A stretch of 32,000 nt of DNA from Candidatus Saccharimonadota bacterium (GCF_029232205.1 NZ_CP107255.1:420001-452000), one strand, 5' to 3'. Shown: positions 8,739 through 17,221, counted from the stretch's first letter. Program-made: numbers and translations. Notes: generated by a model from the letters alone, not told the origin.

Positions 8739-9054
8739 AAACCCTGTAAAAACCAGGCCTATGACCCTTAGCCTTCCGATCAGAAACACTACGATTACGG
8801 CCCAGAGAAGTCTCCTGATACCTCTTCTGAGGTTTTCGAACCCACTCCCACGACTCAAACTCTCCTTCATTCCGGGCCTCATCCAAGATGTTAACAATAT
8901 TCTGAGAAATACTCCGAAGATCACCCCGAATCTCCACAGCCTCACTGTTAGGGATTTCTCTGTGAAAAAGCTCAATTTTGAGAACAGGCCCAGACTGTTT
9001 CCTCACAGCCTTTACTCCATCGATGTCTCTGAGTTTGTCGATTAGTTGTTTCAT
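8725..9054 (-). CDS. Hypothetical protein, last gene of the minus-strand array
   Basis: 109-aa ORF whose ATG overlaps the stop of the YgjP-like gene (ATGA). The competing plus-strand ORF 8704-9045 is low-complexity. No motif recognised. Confidence 0.4.
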   Translation of the reverse strand: MKQLIDKLRDIDGVKAVRKQSGPVLKIELFHREIPNSEAVEIRGDLRSISQNIVNILDEARNEGEFESWEWVRKPQKRYQETSLGRNRSVSDRKAKGHRPGFYRVSIQV

Positions 9055-9779
9055 TCTGTATTTTTCTCGTTTTCCAATATTAGGGATTTGTCAAATACTA
9101 GTTGAGCACTATTTTTAGCGAGCCACTTGTTCGATCTCTGGTACTTTGGAAGTATTCCACGTACACGAGACCAGAATTTTTCACTGTGGTTTCTTTCTTC
9201 TAAATGTACTAATTCATGTACTACAACATATTCTAGGACGTGTTGTGGTGCTAGTACTAGCCGCCAATTGAAGTTTAAATTTGATTTACTGGAGCAACTT
9301 CCCCATTTAGTCTGCTGATCTCTTATGAATATCTCTTCATGTTCCCCGTCTACTTTATCCTTATGATCCTCTATTTTTTGTTCTATCACTTCTCTTGCTC
9401 TTTCCCTAAGTGCCTTTTCAAGTTGGTCTTTCAAAGAAGTCTGTTCTACCAAATGTTCTGCTAAGATAATTTTATCATTAATCTGATTCTTCCTAGCGGT
9501 TTGGACAGTTATCTCCTTCTCTTCACCTAAAATAGTGATTTTACTGCCGTTTGACAAGTTTCTATCTGGAATTTTTCTCTTAAAACGCAAAAATTCTTTC
9601 CGTTTCTTAGCAACCCAGCTTTCTTTCTGTTTTAGTAGTTCTTCAGCATCTAAATCTTGATCTTCGGGTATAACTACTGTAAAATCACCTAACTTATGAT
9701 CGATTCTTGGCTTGGATGCTTCAGAACTGTTGCGTATACTATAGTTTATTTTCAGGCCATCAATTTTAGCTTCCATCAT
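9051..9779 (-). CDS. YgjP-like (DUF45/M48-like) HExxH metal-dependent hydrolase
   Basis: WGSCSSKSNLNFNWRLVLAPQHVLEYVVVHELVHLEERNHSEKFW is the family hallmark, including HELVH. It lies directly downstream of hsdR, a common association. Confidence 0.8.
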   Translation of the reverse strand: MMEAKIDGLKINYSIRNSSEASKPRIDHKLGDFTVVIPEDQDLDAEELLKQKESWVAKKRKEFLRFKRKIPDRNLSNGSKITILGEEKEITVQTARKNQINDKIILAEHLVEQTSLKDQLEKALRERAREVIEQKIEDHKDKVDGEHEEIFIRDQQTKWGSCSSKSNLNFNWRLVLAPQHVLEYVVVHELVHLEERNHSEKFWSRVRGILPKYQRSNKWLAKNSAQLVFDKSLILENEKNTE

Positions 9780-9780
9780 A

Positions 9781-12700
9781 CTACCGATTCTTAATTACAA
9801 GATCTACGGTTTTAGACAGAAACTCATCTTTGTTCTCCTGAGCAAGCACATCAACAAAATCATGAGCCACGAGCTCCTGGATAATTCTACGTCTTATACT
9901 CTTACGTAAAGTTGACTCCACAGAATTGAAGTCTAATGATTCTGTACTCTCAGATATTGATTCTGCTATTTCCTCTGCGCCCTCCGGTGTGAAGTATTCT
10001 GAGTAACGATCTGTAAGCAATTGGTATATAGAGAAGGAAACATCATCCATTTTCTTCCTCTGTTGTTCTGATTCTAATTCTTCTATATCCTTTCTAACTT
10101 CCTCGTACTCCTGTATTGCCTGTTCGGCATTAATATCTTCGTCCTTCCAGTCCTGGATTATTTGTTTAACCCTCTCACTTAATGATTCATAAGCAGGATT
10201 ACTCTGAGCCTTCACCTCAACATTTTCTTCAAGGACTGCACCCTCTGCTGCGGCCTTGTATTCTGGTTCCTGGTCTTCTACATGTTTTACTTCAGGAGTA
10301 CCTATCTCATAGTAAACGTCTTCTTCCTCTGTTTCTATCTCATTAACCTCGAGATTTTCTTCAAGAATTTCTCTTGTCTTTTCTCTCACCTCTCCTGAAA
10401 TTTTGCCTTCTTCAGGACGTGCACCTTTCTCCATCTCCTTGTACTCGAAGTAGACTTGATTAATAATTTTCCATTTTGCTATGACGTTGTCTTCTCCCAG
10501 TTTTTCGTGAGGTTGAACAGATTCGTAGATATCTTCGGCTTCAGAAAACATTTCCAAGAATCTAGAGGCCTTACTGTCATTCTTCCTTAGAGAAGCAACC
10601 GCTGACTGAATTGTCTCAGGATCATTTCTAAACCTAATCTCAAAGAGGTTTAGAATCTCTTCTTGAAGCTCTAAAAATTCTTCTGCAAGTTCATCCGTCT
10701 CCTTTAGGCCATCTTTGATAATATTGAATTCTTCATACTGTAGTGCTTCTTCTGGGTTGTCAAATACACCTGCGAAGTCGACGATTTCTCCATTCTTTTT
10801 ACCTGTTCTAGGTCTGTTGGTTCTAGCAATGGCTTGTAGAAGGTTATGGTTGTTCAAGTTTTTGTCGAGATATAACGTCTTTAGTACGGGGGCGTCAAAG
10901 CCGGTAAGAAGTTTGTCGCATACTACAAGAAGCTGAGGGTCTTTCTTATCATCTTTAAAGTTCTCTATAATATTTTTCTCATCTTCTTCTGATCTGATGT
11001 ACTTCTGCATGAAATCATCGTCTTTCCCATCTCCTGAGATAATAGCCTCAACTTCATCGGAGTCGCGGTACTTTCTTAGCTCATCGCAGTAAATGGCAGC
11101 AGCCCTACGTGAAGGTGTAACTACCATCCCTTTCAGGTTGATGGGCTCGACTTTGCTCTCAAAGTGATCTAGAATTTTCCGGACAACTTTCTCCACTCTA
11201 GGCCTCAGTTCTGCCAGTTCAGATTCGTTTACATATTCTCTCAAGATTTTTTTCTGCTTAGGTAAAGGAAGATCTCCGAATTCTCCTTCAAACTCTTGGT
11301 CGAGTATTTCTTCAGGGATCTCTCCCCAGTCCACATTCATCTTAGTAAAGGTAACTTCCGTAATTACTCCATCTCTTTGACCTTCTTCAATTGAGTAACG
11401 GTGCAGATAATCCTCTCCTGTAGGTGAGAACTCCTTAAACGTGTTCCTACCATCTTTACTGTTTTCAACTACGGGGGTTCCGGTGAAACCAAAGTAGAAA
11501 GCATCGGGCAACGCATTTCTTAGTTTACTCCCTAACTTCCCCTCAGTAAATCTATGGGCCTCATCCACGTAGACAGCGGTCTCCCCCTCTGGGTCAGCAT
11601 CTATATGCGAGTTCACATTTTCAAATTTCTGGATCGTAGTAAGTACCAACTGATTCTTATTCTCTTCTAGTATATTCTCAAGATCGTTAATTGTGTCTGC
11701 TACTTCAAATATAGGAAAACCAATATCATGCAAATCATCAGACATTTGGCCTTCAAGTTTAGTCCTATCCACCACCAGTATCTGTTGCCTGTCTTTCACG
11801 CTAGGAGACTTCTTTGCTTTATGAGCTGCAAACATCATAGTAAATGATTTTCCTGAACCTTGAGTATGCCAAATAAGGCCTTTACGTGGCTCTCCTTTTC
11901 TCATTCTCTCAATCATTCTGTTAGATGCCTGGAACTGCATATATCTCGGTACTATTTTACCTTCATCAGAGAAGAAGACATAGTACCTGAATAGATCCAT
12001 GAGCTTGTCTGGCTGAAACAGATCTGTAATCGCATTTTTGACTTCGTAGTCTCCTTCCTTAAAACTCTCTGATCTCCAAGGGAAGTAAAACTTCTGAGGA
12101 GCGCCTGTTGCAGCGTAGCGAAACCTCTGTCCATCGCTAACTACGTTGAAAAGGTTAGGTACAAACATTCTTTGAGCGTTTTCCTGATACTCGTCCATTT
12201 CATTCATCGCTTTCTGAATGGTTGAACTAGGGCCTACGTTCTTCAACTCGAACTGCACAATCGGTATTCCGTTGACTAGAAGGGTTATATCCGGCCTAAC
12301 AGACTTCTTTCTCTCAAACTGAAATTGGTTTATTGCGACAAACTCGTTTTTCTCCATCAGTTCTTCTAGGTTGCTCTCATCTTCGGGAAGATGAATAAGA
12401 TCTATGTATTCGCTTTTCTCCTCACCGTCTTCATCTACGACGGTATGAGGTACGCCGTCGCGCATCTTTTCATAAAACTCTTCATTGGCGTCAAGCAGAT
12501 TTTCCGCGCCCAGGTTCCGCTTTAAGTTATCAACTATTTCCTGTGCATCATCATTGGAAATGTTCTCGTTAAGTTCGACAATTTTCTGCTTCAATAAGTT
12601 CCAGTAAACTGCTTCATCGCGGTCTCTATCGTACTTATCATCTAGCTGGCTGCCACCCCACTCGCCATTATTCTTAGGGTCTCCGTAAACATCCCAGCCG

Positions 12701-12783
12701 ACATCTTCCAAGTAATCTAGAACTTTTGCCTCAACGCCGCCCTCAGTAGTTTGTCTCAAGTTTCCAGCACCTTTAAGATTCAT
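9781..12783 (-). CDS. hsdR: Type I restriction enzyme, R (endonuclease/translocase) subunit
   Basis: 1000-aa ORF. SF2 helicase motifs are WHTQGSGKS (I), VYVDEAHRF (II, DEAH), FGFTGTP (III) and QAIARTNR (VI). The N-terminal nuclease region and a long helical C-terminus are present. Confidence 0.93.
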   Translation of the reverse strand: MNLKGAGNLRQTTEGGVEAKVLDYLEDVGWDVYGDPKNNGEWGGSQLDDKYDRDRDEAVYWNLLKQKIVELNENISNDDAQEIVDNLKRNLGAENLLDANEEFYEKMRDGVPHTVVDEDGEEKSEYIDLIHLPEDESNLEELMEKNEFVAINQFQFERKKSVRPDITLLVNGIPIVQFELKNVGPSSTIQKAMNEMDEYQENAQRMFVPNLFNVVSDGQRFRYAATGAPQKFYFPWRSESFKEGDYEVKNAITDLFQPDKLMDLFRYYVFFSDEGKIVPRYMQFQASNRMIERMRKGEPRKGLIWHTQGSGKSFTMMFAAHKAKKSPSVKDRQQILVVDRTKLEGQMSDDLHDIGFPIFEVADTINDLENILEENKNQLVLTTIQKFENVNSHIDADPEGETAVYVDEAHRFTEGKLGSKLRNALPDAFYFGFTGTPVVENSKDGRNTFKEFSPTGEDYLHRYSIEEGQRDGVITEVTFTKMNVDWGEIPEEILDQEFEGEFGDLPLPKQKKILREYVNESELAELRPRVEKVVRKILDHFESKVEPINLKGMVVTPSRRAAAIYCDELRKYRDSDEVEAIISGDGKDDDFMQKYIRSEEDEKNIIENFKDDKKDPQLLVVCDKLLTGFDAPVLKTLYLDKNLNNHNLLQAIARTNRPRTGKKNGEIVDFAGVFDNPEEALQYEEFNIIKDGLKETDELAEEFLELQEEILNLFEIRFRNDPETIQSAVASLRKNDSKASRFLEMFSEAEDIYESVQPHEKLGEDNVIAKWKIINQVYFEYKEMEKGARPEEGKISGEVREKTREILEENLEVNEIETEEEDVYYEIGTPEVKHVEDQEPEYKAAAEGAVLEENVEVKAQSNPAYESLSERVKQIIQDWKDEDINAEQAIQEYEEVRKDIEELESEQQRKKMDDVSFSIYQLLTDRYSEYFTPEGAEEIAESISESTESLDFNSVESTLRKSIRRRIIQELVAHDFVDVLAQENKDEFLSKTVDLVIKNR

Positions 12784-13195
12784 TTAGATTCAATTCTTTT
12801 CTGGTTTTCTCAAGAAATCTCTTCGAGGCCTTCAAACACCTATCGGCTTCAGTCAGAGATACCTTGGCATTCCTGTACTGGATCTCGGTCTTCTTATCAA
12901 CAACCCACTTCCTGACAGAATCAAGATTGGACTTGAAATCCTGCGAGATCATCCTTTCCTCATACATCTCCTGCAACTCATTGGCAGTAGTAGAATGATC
13001 CTTATTGGTATGGCCTCTATTCTCCAACATTAAAGCATCATTACACTTAATCATCGCCATAATACAGTTCACAACTACAGGATTCCAGATATCGGAGTCT
13101 TGCTCAAGCAAGTTCTCCCGAACCTTCTCCGCACCATAAATATAGGCCTCCGCCTCTTTAATCGACTTACTTGACCTTTGCACGAAGAGAATCAC
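12773..13195 (-). CDS. HEPN-domain protein (putative toxin partner of the upstream MNT)
   Basis: 140-aa helical ORF immediately downstream of, and overlapping, the nucleotidyltransferase gene. Candidate R-x6-H motif is RGHTNKDH. The start is GTG at 13195 or 13183. The stop overlaps the hsdR ATG by 11 nt. Confidence 0.6.
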   Translation of the reverse strand: MILFVQRSSKSIKEAEAYIYGAEKVRENLLEQDSDIWNPVVVNCIMAMIKCNDALMLENRGHTNKDHSTTANELQEMYEERMISQDFKSNLDSVRKWVVDKKTEIQYRNAKVSLTEADRCLKASKRFLEKTRKELNLNES

Positions 13196-13784
13196 CCCAT
13201 AAAACTTCTGAATCTCTCACAACATTTTGCTCAAACCGTTTCTTGTTTTCATAGTTTTCAGTAAACTCGGATTCGGTTTCTACCACAGGAACAATTTCTT
13301 TATCCGACTTACTCCTTGATTTGTTAATTATCTGGTTCTTGACATAATCTGTGTCAACACCGTCCTCAACCACAAATAAAATATCAATATCTGAATTAGA
13401 GTCGGCAGTACCACGCGCAACACTACCGAAAAGAACCACACTCACAATCTTTTCTTCCATCTCATCCGAATCCATCAGCTCATGGACAAAACTATCAGCT
13501 TCCTTAAAAAGTGGCGTTACCTCTACCTGGAAAATAGCGTCAACGGCATGGAAATAACGAGAATCCTGATTAAACTCGACCAAGTAGGAACTACCTTTCT
13601 TCCTAATCCTCACCAAATCCAAATCCTCCAACTCACGGATAAAATCCCTGACAGCAGGATAAGAACCATCAACACTCTCAGCAACCTCATTAATCGTAAA
13701 CATCTGATCAGGCCTATCCCTCAAAAACTCCAACACCTGACCACGATACTCCTTACCCAACAAATCCACAAACCTCTCTGCCAT
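13167..13784 (-). CDS. wHTH-fused minimal nucleotidyltransferase (MNT, putative antitoxin)
   Basis: The N-terminal winged-helix region reads VLEFLRDRPDQMFTINEVAESV...LVRIRKKG. The NTase motif is LFGSVARGTADSNSDIDILFVV. The ATG at 13784 is preferred over the ORF-track TTG at 13805. Confidence 0.75.
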   Translation of the reverse strand: MAERFVDLLGKEYRGQVLEFLRDRPDQMFTINEVAESVDGSYPAVRDFIRELEDLDLVRIRKKGSSYLVEFNQDSRYFHAVDAIFQVEVTPLFKEADSFVHELMDSDEMEEKIVSVVLFGSVARGTADSNSDIDILFVVEDGVDTDYVKNQIINKSRSKSDKEIVPVVETESEFTENYENKKRFEQNVVRDSEVLWGDSLRAKVK

Positions 13785-13803
13785 ATTACAACCTCTTTGA
13801 TCC

Positions 13804-13842
13804 AAAACTTAAATGTTTAAGTTTTTCCTTAAACGATTAAGG
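13804..13842. promoter_or_regulatory. Two adjacent inverted repeats (candidate operator) upstream of the MNT-HEPN pair
   Basis: IR1 is AAAACTTAAA-tg-TTTAAGTTTT (13804-13825). IR2 is CCTTAA-acga-TTAAGG (13827-13842). Together they give four CTTAA/TTAAG half-sites. They sit in the only real intergenic gap (13785-13876) of the 11-kb array. An AATAAAAT TATA-like box lies at 13855-13862 on the minus strand. Confidence 0.4.
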
Positions 13843-13876
13843 ATTTTCTTGAAGATTTTATTCTGGTTTTTAATTT

Positions 13877-14950
13877 TCAAAGTATCGGCCTCTTGACAAG
13901 TTTCATCGGTTTTTGAGAATGTTCTCTGAAAGATATAGTTAGGTAGTCCTCGTCCTTGATTTCCGCTCTCATGCTTTTGGCTAGAACCTCTCTAATCTGT
14001 GAATCGTCTTCTATAAGATACTCGTTTTCATCAGCTCTATCATCGTTTTCGAGAGCACTAATTACTGGCTTGACAAGGTTATCGACATCCAGAGCGTTAT
14101 CTTTGTCCGTGTAATGATAGACAATCGCAACATCAATTTCACTGTCTTTGTAATCCTCAAAATTTTCGTTCTTCATCCAGTTTGCCAAGTCAGTCCGCAA
14201 GTCCTCAATATTCTCAAAATTTTCTCTCCCACGGATAACCTTGTTGAAACCACCATGATAACCAACTGAATCAATCAAAACATCGCCCTCCTGATTCGCC
14301 CAGTGAGACATATCCTTCAAAACCTCAATCTTGTCGTTATTTATCACGTAGACTCCGGCCTTATTCTTCAGGTAATGGAAATTCTCATTCACTCTGAATA
14401 AAGTTCCATAGTACTCGTCCTTCTCAGTCTCAATAAATACGGCACGCTCGTCCTTCTTCATCTGGCTATATAGATCAGCGGTAGCAGTCGAAAAAATCAC
14501 AAAACACGTTAAACCAAAGATACCGCCCCAAACACCGAAACTGAAAAATCCAAGAGAAGCAGTAAAACTCAGCACAGTAGAGAAAAACAAAATTTTCCAA
14601 ATCTCCCAATCCTCATCGATCAAGTCGTTATCCGTCTCCCTGTAGTAATCAAGTTTTCTACTCATCCAGATAATCGCAGGCCCCAAAATCAGAAATGAAC
14701 CACCAAATAAAACCTGCATAACCGAGTCACTAAACCTCAATCTTAGAGGTACGCTCAACAGAAAACTCATAGCCAGAGGAATAACCATGAAGAGAATAAC
14801 AAAAGCCACACCATGACCATACCTGTCAGTATCATCCTTCAAATCAAGATCCCTATCAGAAATCTTCTTGCCATAAAAATAAACTGCAGCAGCAACCAAA
14901 GCACCAATAAACGAAAAATTAAGAACCAACCGAACCTCAGGAACAGCCAT
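13877..14950 (-). CDS. Membrane protein: about 5 N-terminal TM helices, linker domain, C-terminal RusA-like endonuclease domain
   Basis: 357-aa ORF with hydrophobic helices within residues 7-156. The C-terminal 135 aa are paralogous to ORF 15345-15857 and carry DVDNLVKPVISAL...YLIEDDSQI (RusA-type D-x-D-N-L-x-K...DD). A GGGAGG SD-like element lies 10 nt upstream. The gap to the upstream gene is 0 nt. Confidence 0.7.
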   Translation of the reverse strand: MAVPEVRLVLNFSFIGALVAAAVYFYGKKISDRDLDLKDDTDRYGHGVAFVILFMVIPLAMSFLLSVPLRLRFSDSVMQVLFGGSFLILGPAIIWMSRKLDYYRETDNDLIDEDWEIWKILFFSTVLSFTASLGFFSFGVWGGIFGLTCFVIFSTATADLYSQMKKDERAVFIETEKDEYYGTLFRVNENFHYLKNKAGVYVINNDKIEVLKDMSHWANQEGDVLIDSVGYHGGFNKVIRGRENFENIEDLRTDLANWMKNENFEDYKDSEIDVAIVYHYTDKDNALDVDNLVKPVISALENDDRADENEYLIEDDSQIREVLAKSMRAEIKDEDYLTISFREHSQKPMKLVKRPIL

Positions 14951-15352
14951 TCAATACCTGCCTCCCGTCGGAGTATTCATCTCATATTTTGCAGTCCAGT
15001 AAAACAGGCCTGTCGCAACATAAATCAAACCTGTGAAAATCCCCTGAATAGGAGTCTGGAGCACTACAGCAGTCAAAGGCATCAAAGAATTCGCTATCGA
15101 GATAAAAATCGCCTTAATAGCAGGACCAGCAGCCTCAACAGAACCAGAAGTCAACGCACCCCAGTTCAGCAAAAGAGAAAAACCGGTATTCAAAGCCAAA
15201 GCAAGCCCTGCACCAGTACGGTAAATATTCCTCCACTGTCCTGGTCCTGCCAACAAGTTACCTTTCGCATAATTCTTAGCCTGAGGACTAAATAGGCCTT
15301 TATGCGATTGAGTTCTCCTTCTCCGAGGTCTCTTCTTCCTTCTTCTACTCAT
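14951..15352 (-). CDS. Small membrane protein (about 3 TM) with polybasic N-terminus
   Basis: The ATG at 15352 gives MSRRRKKRPRRRRTQSHKG..., followed by Gly/Ala-rich hydrophobic segments. The ORF-track start at 15373 is a TTG. It overlaps the upstream gene by 8 nt and abuts the downstream gene. Confidence 0.55.
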   Translation of the reverse strand: MSRRRKKRPRRRRTQSHKGLFSPQAKNYAKGNLLAGPGQWRNIYRTGAGLALALNTGFSLLLNWGALTSGSVEAAGPAIKAIFISIANSLMPLTAVVLQTPIQGIFTGLIYVATGLFYWTAKYEMNTPTGGRY

Positions 15353-15857
15353 CCAGATAACCCCGTCCAGCAACCATCTTCATAGGTTTTTCCGGATCAT
15401 GTTCTCTGAAAGAAATCGTAATCCTGCCATGAGCCTCCCTCCAATCACCATTTTCTGTCTTATCTATTTTCACATCTTTCTGAATTTGATCGGTCTCACG
15501 TTTGATTTTCTTCGTCAAAATTCGGATAATCTGTGAATCGTCTTCAACAAGATAAGGTTCATCTTCCTCACTATCCTCTAAAACCGTAACACCGCTACTA
15601 CCGTCAAGAGCGGAAACAATAGGCTTCACCAAATTATCAATATCCACAGCATCGTCTTCCCTCCAATACTCATACACAATTGCCAAATCAATTTCCTTAT
15701 CCCTCAAATCATCAAAAACCTCATTATTCAACCACATACCTAAATCTCTCCGAATCCTCTCAATATTTTCCCCAAGTCCATCATTTCCTAAACGCTTGTT
15801 GAAACCACCCATCCTACCAACAGCATCCTCCAAATTCAACCCCTCAGCATGAGACAC
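15345..15857 (-). CDS. RusA-like (Holliday-junction-resolvase-family) endonuclease-fold protein, soluble
   Basis: 170-aa ORF with a GTG start. Motif DIDNLVKPIVSAL is residues D72-L84 (D72-K78 at 15624-15644). YLVEDDSQI gives D106/D107. These match the RusA catalytic core pattern (E. coli RusA RDLDNLQKAAFDAL...LDDAQV). It is paralogous to the C-terminus of 13877-14950. Confidence 0.7.
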   Translation of the reverse strand: MSHAEGLNLEDAVGRMGGFNKRLGNDGLGENIERIRRDLGMWLNNEVFDDLRDKEIDLAIVYEYWREDDAVDIDNLVKPIVSALDGSSGVTVLEDSEEDEPYLVEDDSQIIRILTKKIKRETDQIQKDVKIDKTENGDWREAHGRITISFREHDPEKPMKMVAGRGYLDE

Positions 15858-15862
15858 TAGCC

Positions 15863-17221
15863 CTACACCTCCACAACCTCATCCAACACCTCAACACCCT
15901 CAGAAGTACGAACACTCCCAGTCAACAAATCCTGCATAAGGCCTTTCTTCAGAGATTGGAGCTGCTCCTTCTCTTCCTTGTAAGTTCTAATTTGGTTCTC
16001 ATAAGTTGATAGGATTTCAGCTATTCTTTTCTGTTCCTTCAAAGGAGGTATTGGCATCTCAAATTTCCTTAAATCGCTGGTATTCAGGTGTTTGACTGTA
16101 GTTCCAACTGAAACAGATTTTATTAGCGATCTACCAATTTCAGAGTTCATGAAATAAGCCACATACTCCGGATAAACTTCCTTCTCATCGAATCTAGTGA
16201 TTATCAGGGCATGACAATTGGCGTTGTCATATCTCTCAGGAACTATAGCGGATTCTCCTATATGTCCTGACTGAACTGTCAGCATATTTCCCTCATAAAT
16301 CCTAGTATCCTGATTATCTTCATGGAACTCCTCCGAAATCTCTACCATTTCATCTTCAGAATCTATTTTGTTTGGTCTAACGTTGAAGCTCTGAAGATAA
16401 GGAATTCCACCTTCCTCATAATAGGGAGTAGCAGTTCCTACGAACCCATTCCGTATCTCAGTTGAAACTTCCAACATCTGTTTTTTCTCCCAGTTCTCTG
16501 GAAGCTCAAATGTTTTTGGCCCTATTCGGACTTCTTTTAGCTCTCTTCCATCTATCCCCTCGTTCATTAGGTCCTGCATCAGGCCTTTCTTGACCCGCTG
16601 GGTTTGCTCGATGATTTCCTCCGTCTTACTGATCGCCTGATCCACATTATACAGAACCGACGCAATCCGGCGTTGCTCGGATTTTGGAGGGTGAGGAATT
16701 TCGTGTAGTTTGAGAATATTTTTCCCGATGTTCGCCTGTGTGGTCTCCCTTTTCTTGCTAGCAAGTCTGTCTTGCTCGAAGTCAAGAGCGTAACGGGCAA
16801 ACTGGATATTTGTGTCTTTTGGATCCCAGAGGCCTATGATTCCCTGATTTGTGGAAACTGGCGCTGTGACAATCCCGGTTTCGCCGAGAGTTCCGTAGAT
16901 TGTCAGAAGGATTGTTCCAGGATCATAGATTCGAGTTTTTCCGTCTTCTATTGCTTGCTGAGTTGTGTATTCCTTAGCATCTGAGATTCCATCTCCTTGC
17001 TGTCTGTTGAGGTCTTCAATCTTGACGAATGGAATATCTCCACCTTCCCAATATTTGTCTTTTCCTCTTTTCGGGGTGCCTCCGCTTTTAATTCCGTCAA
17101 ATATGTCGCCAATTTTTTCTGAGGTCCAGCCTTCTGTCTCTTTAGTCTCTTCTCCATCTAATGAGCTTGAGCTTTCTACAGAGTCAGAAATATCTCCGAG
17201 TGAGGCCTGGTTACTCATCAT
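15863..17221 (-). CDS. hsdS: Type I restriction-modification specificity subunit
   Basis: It has two target-recognition domains separated and followed by the conserved helical repeat (RVKKGLMQDLMNEGI and LKKGLMQDLLTGSVR). The N-terminal WTSEKIGDIF...GGTPKRG...YW..GDIPFVK pattern is present. ATGs at 17221 and 17218 are preferred over the GTG at 17227. Confidence 0.9.
   Translation of the reverse strand: MMSNQASLGDISDSVESSSSLDGEETKETEGWTSEKIGDIFDGIKSGGTPKRGKDKYWEGGDIPFVKIEDLNRQQGDGISDAKEYTTQQAIEDGKTRIYDPGTILLTIYGTLGETGIVTAPVSTNQGIIGLWDPKDTNIQFARYALDFEQDRLASKKRETTQANIGKNILKLHEIPHPPKSEQRRIASVLYNVDQAISKTEEIIEQTQRVKKGLMQDLMNEGIDGRELKEVRIGPKTFELPENWEKKQMLEVSTEIRNGFVGTATPYYEEGGIPYLQSFNVRPNKIDSEDEMVEISEEFHEDNQDTRIYEGNMLTVQSGHIGESAIVPERYDNANCHALIITRFDEKEVYPEYVAYFMNSEIGRSLIKSVSVGTTVKHLNTSDLRKFEMPIPPLKEQKRIAEILSTYENQIRTYKEEKEQLQSLKKGLMQDLLTGSVRTSEGVEVLDEVVEV
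15866..15872 (-). promoter_or_regulatory. Shine-Dalgarno site for the RusA-like gene, embedded in the hsdS 3' end
   Basis: A perfect GGAGGTG on the minus strand lies 8 nt before the GTG at 15857. It is the same heptamer as the csp-like gene's SD. Confidence 0.5.
15930..15949. repeat. hsdS conserved-region direct repeat, copy 2 (C-terminal)
   Basis: TCCTGCATAAGGCCTTTCTT matches 16572-16591 at 19 of 20 positions. Both copies encode KKGLMQD on the minus strand. Confidence 0.8.
16572..16591. repeat. hsdS conserved-region direct repeat, copy 1 (central)
   Basis: TCCTGCATCAGGCCTTTCTT lies 642 bp from the other copy. The two copies bracket the AT-rich second target-recognition domain. Confidence 0.8.

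Noticed and set aside
8704-9045. A 113-aa plus-strand ORF competing with the minus-strand ORF 8725-9054
   Set aside because: Its translation is rich in L/S/P/R/N and non-globular in appearance. The minus-strand ORF has an ATGA coupling to the upstream gene. Neither is strongly supported, so the minus-strand ORF is kept at low confidence.
14813-15295. A 160-aa plus-strand ORF overlapping the RusA-like/TM cassette
   Set aside because: Its composition is low-complexity (S/R/N/Q-rich). It stays open only because the plus strand is T-poor here. The minus-strand frames carry paralogy and motifs.
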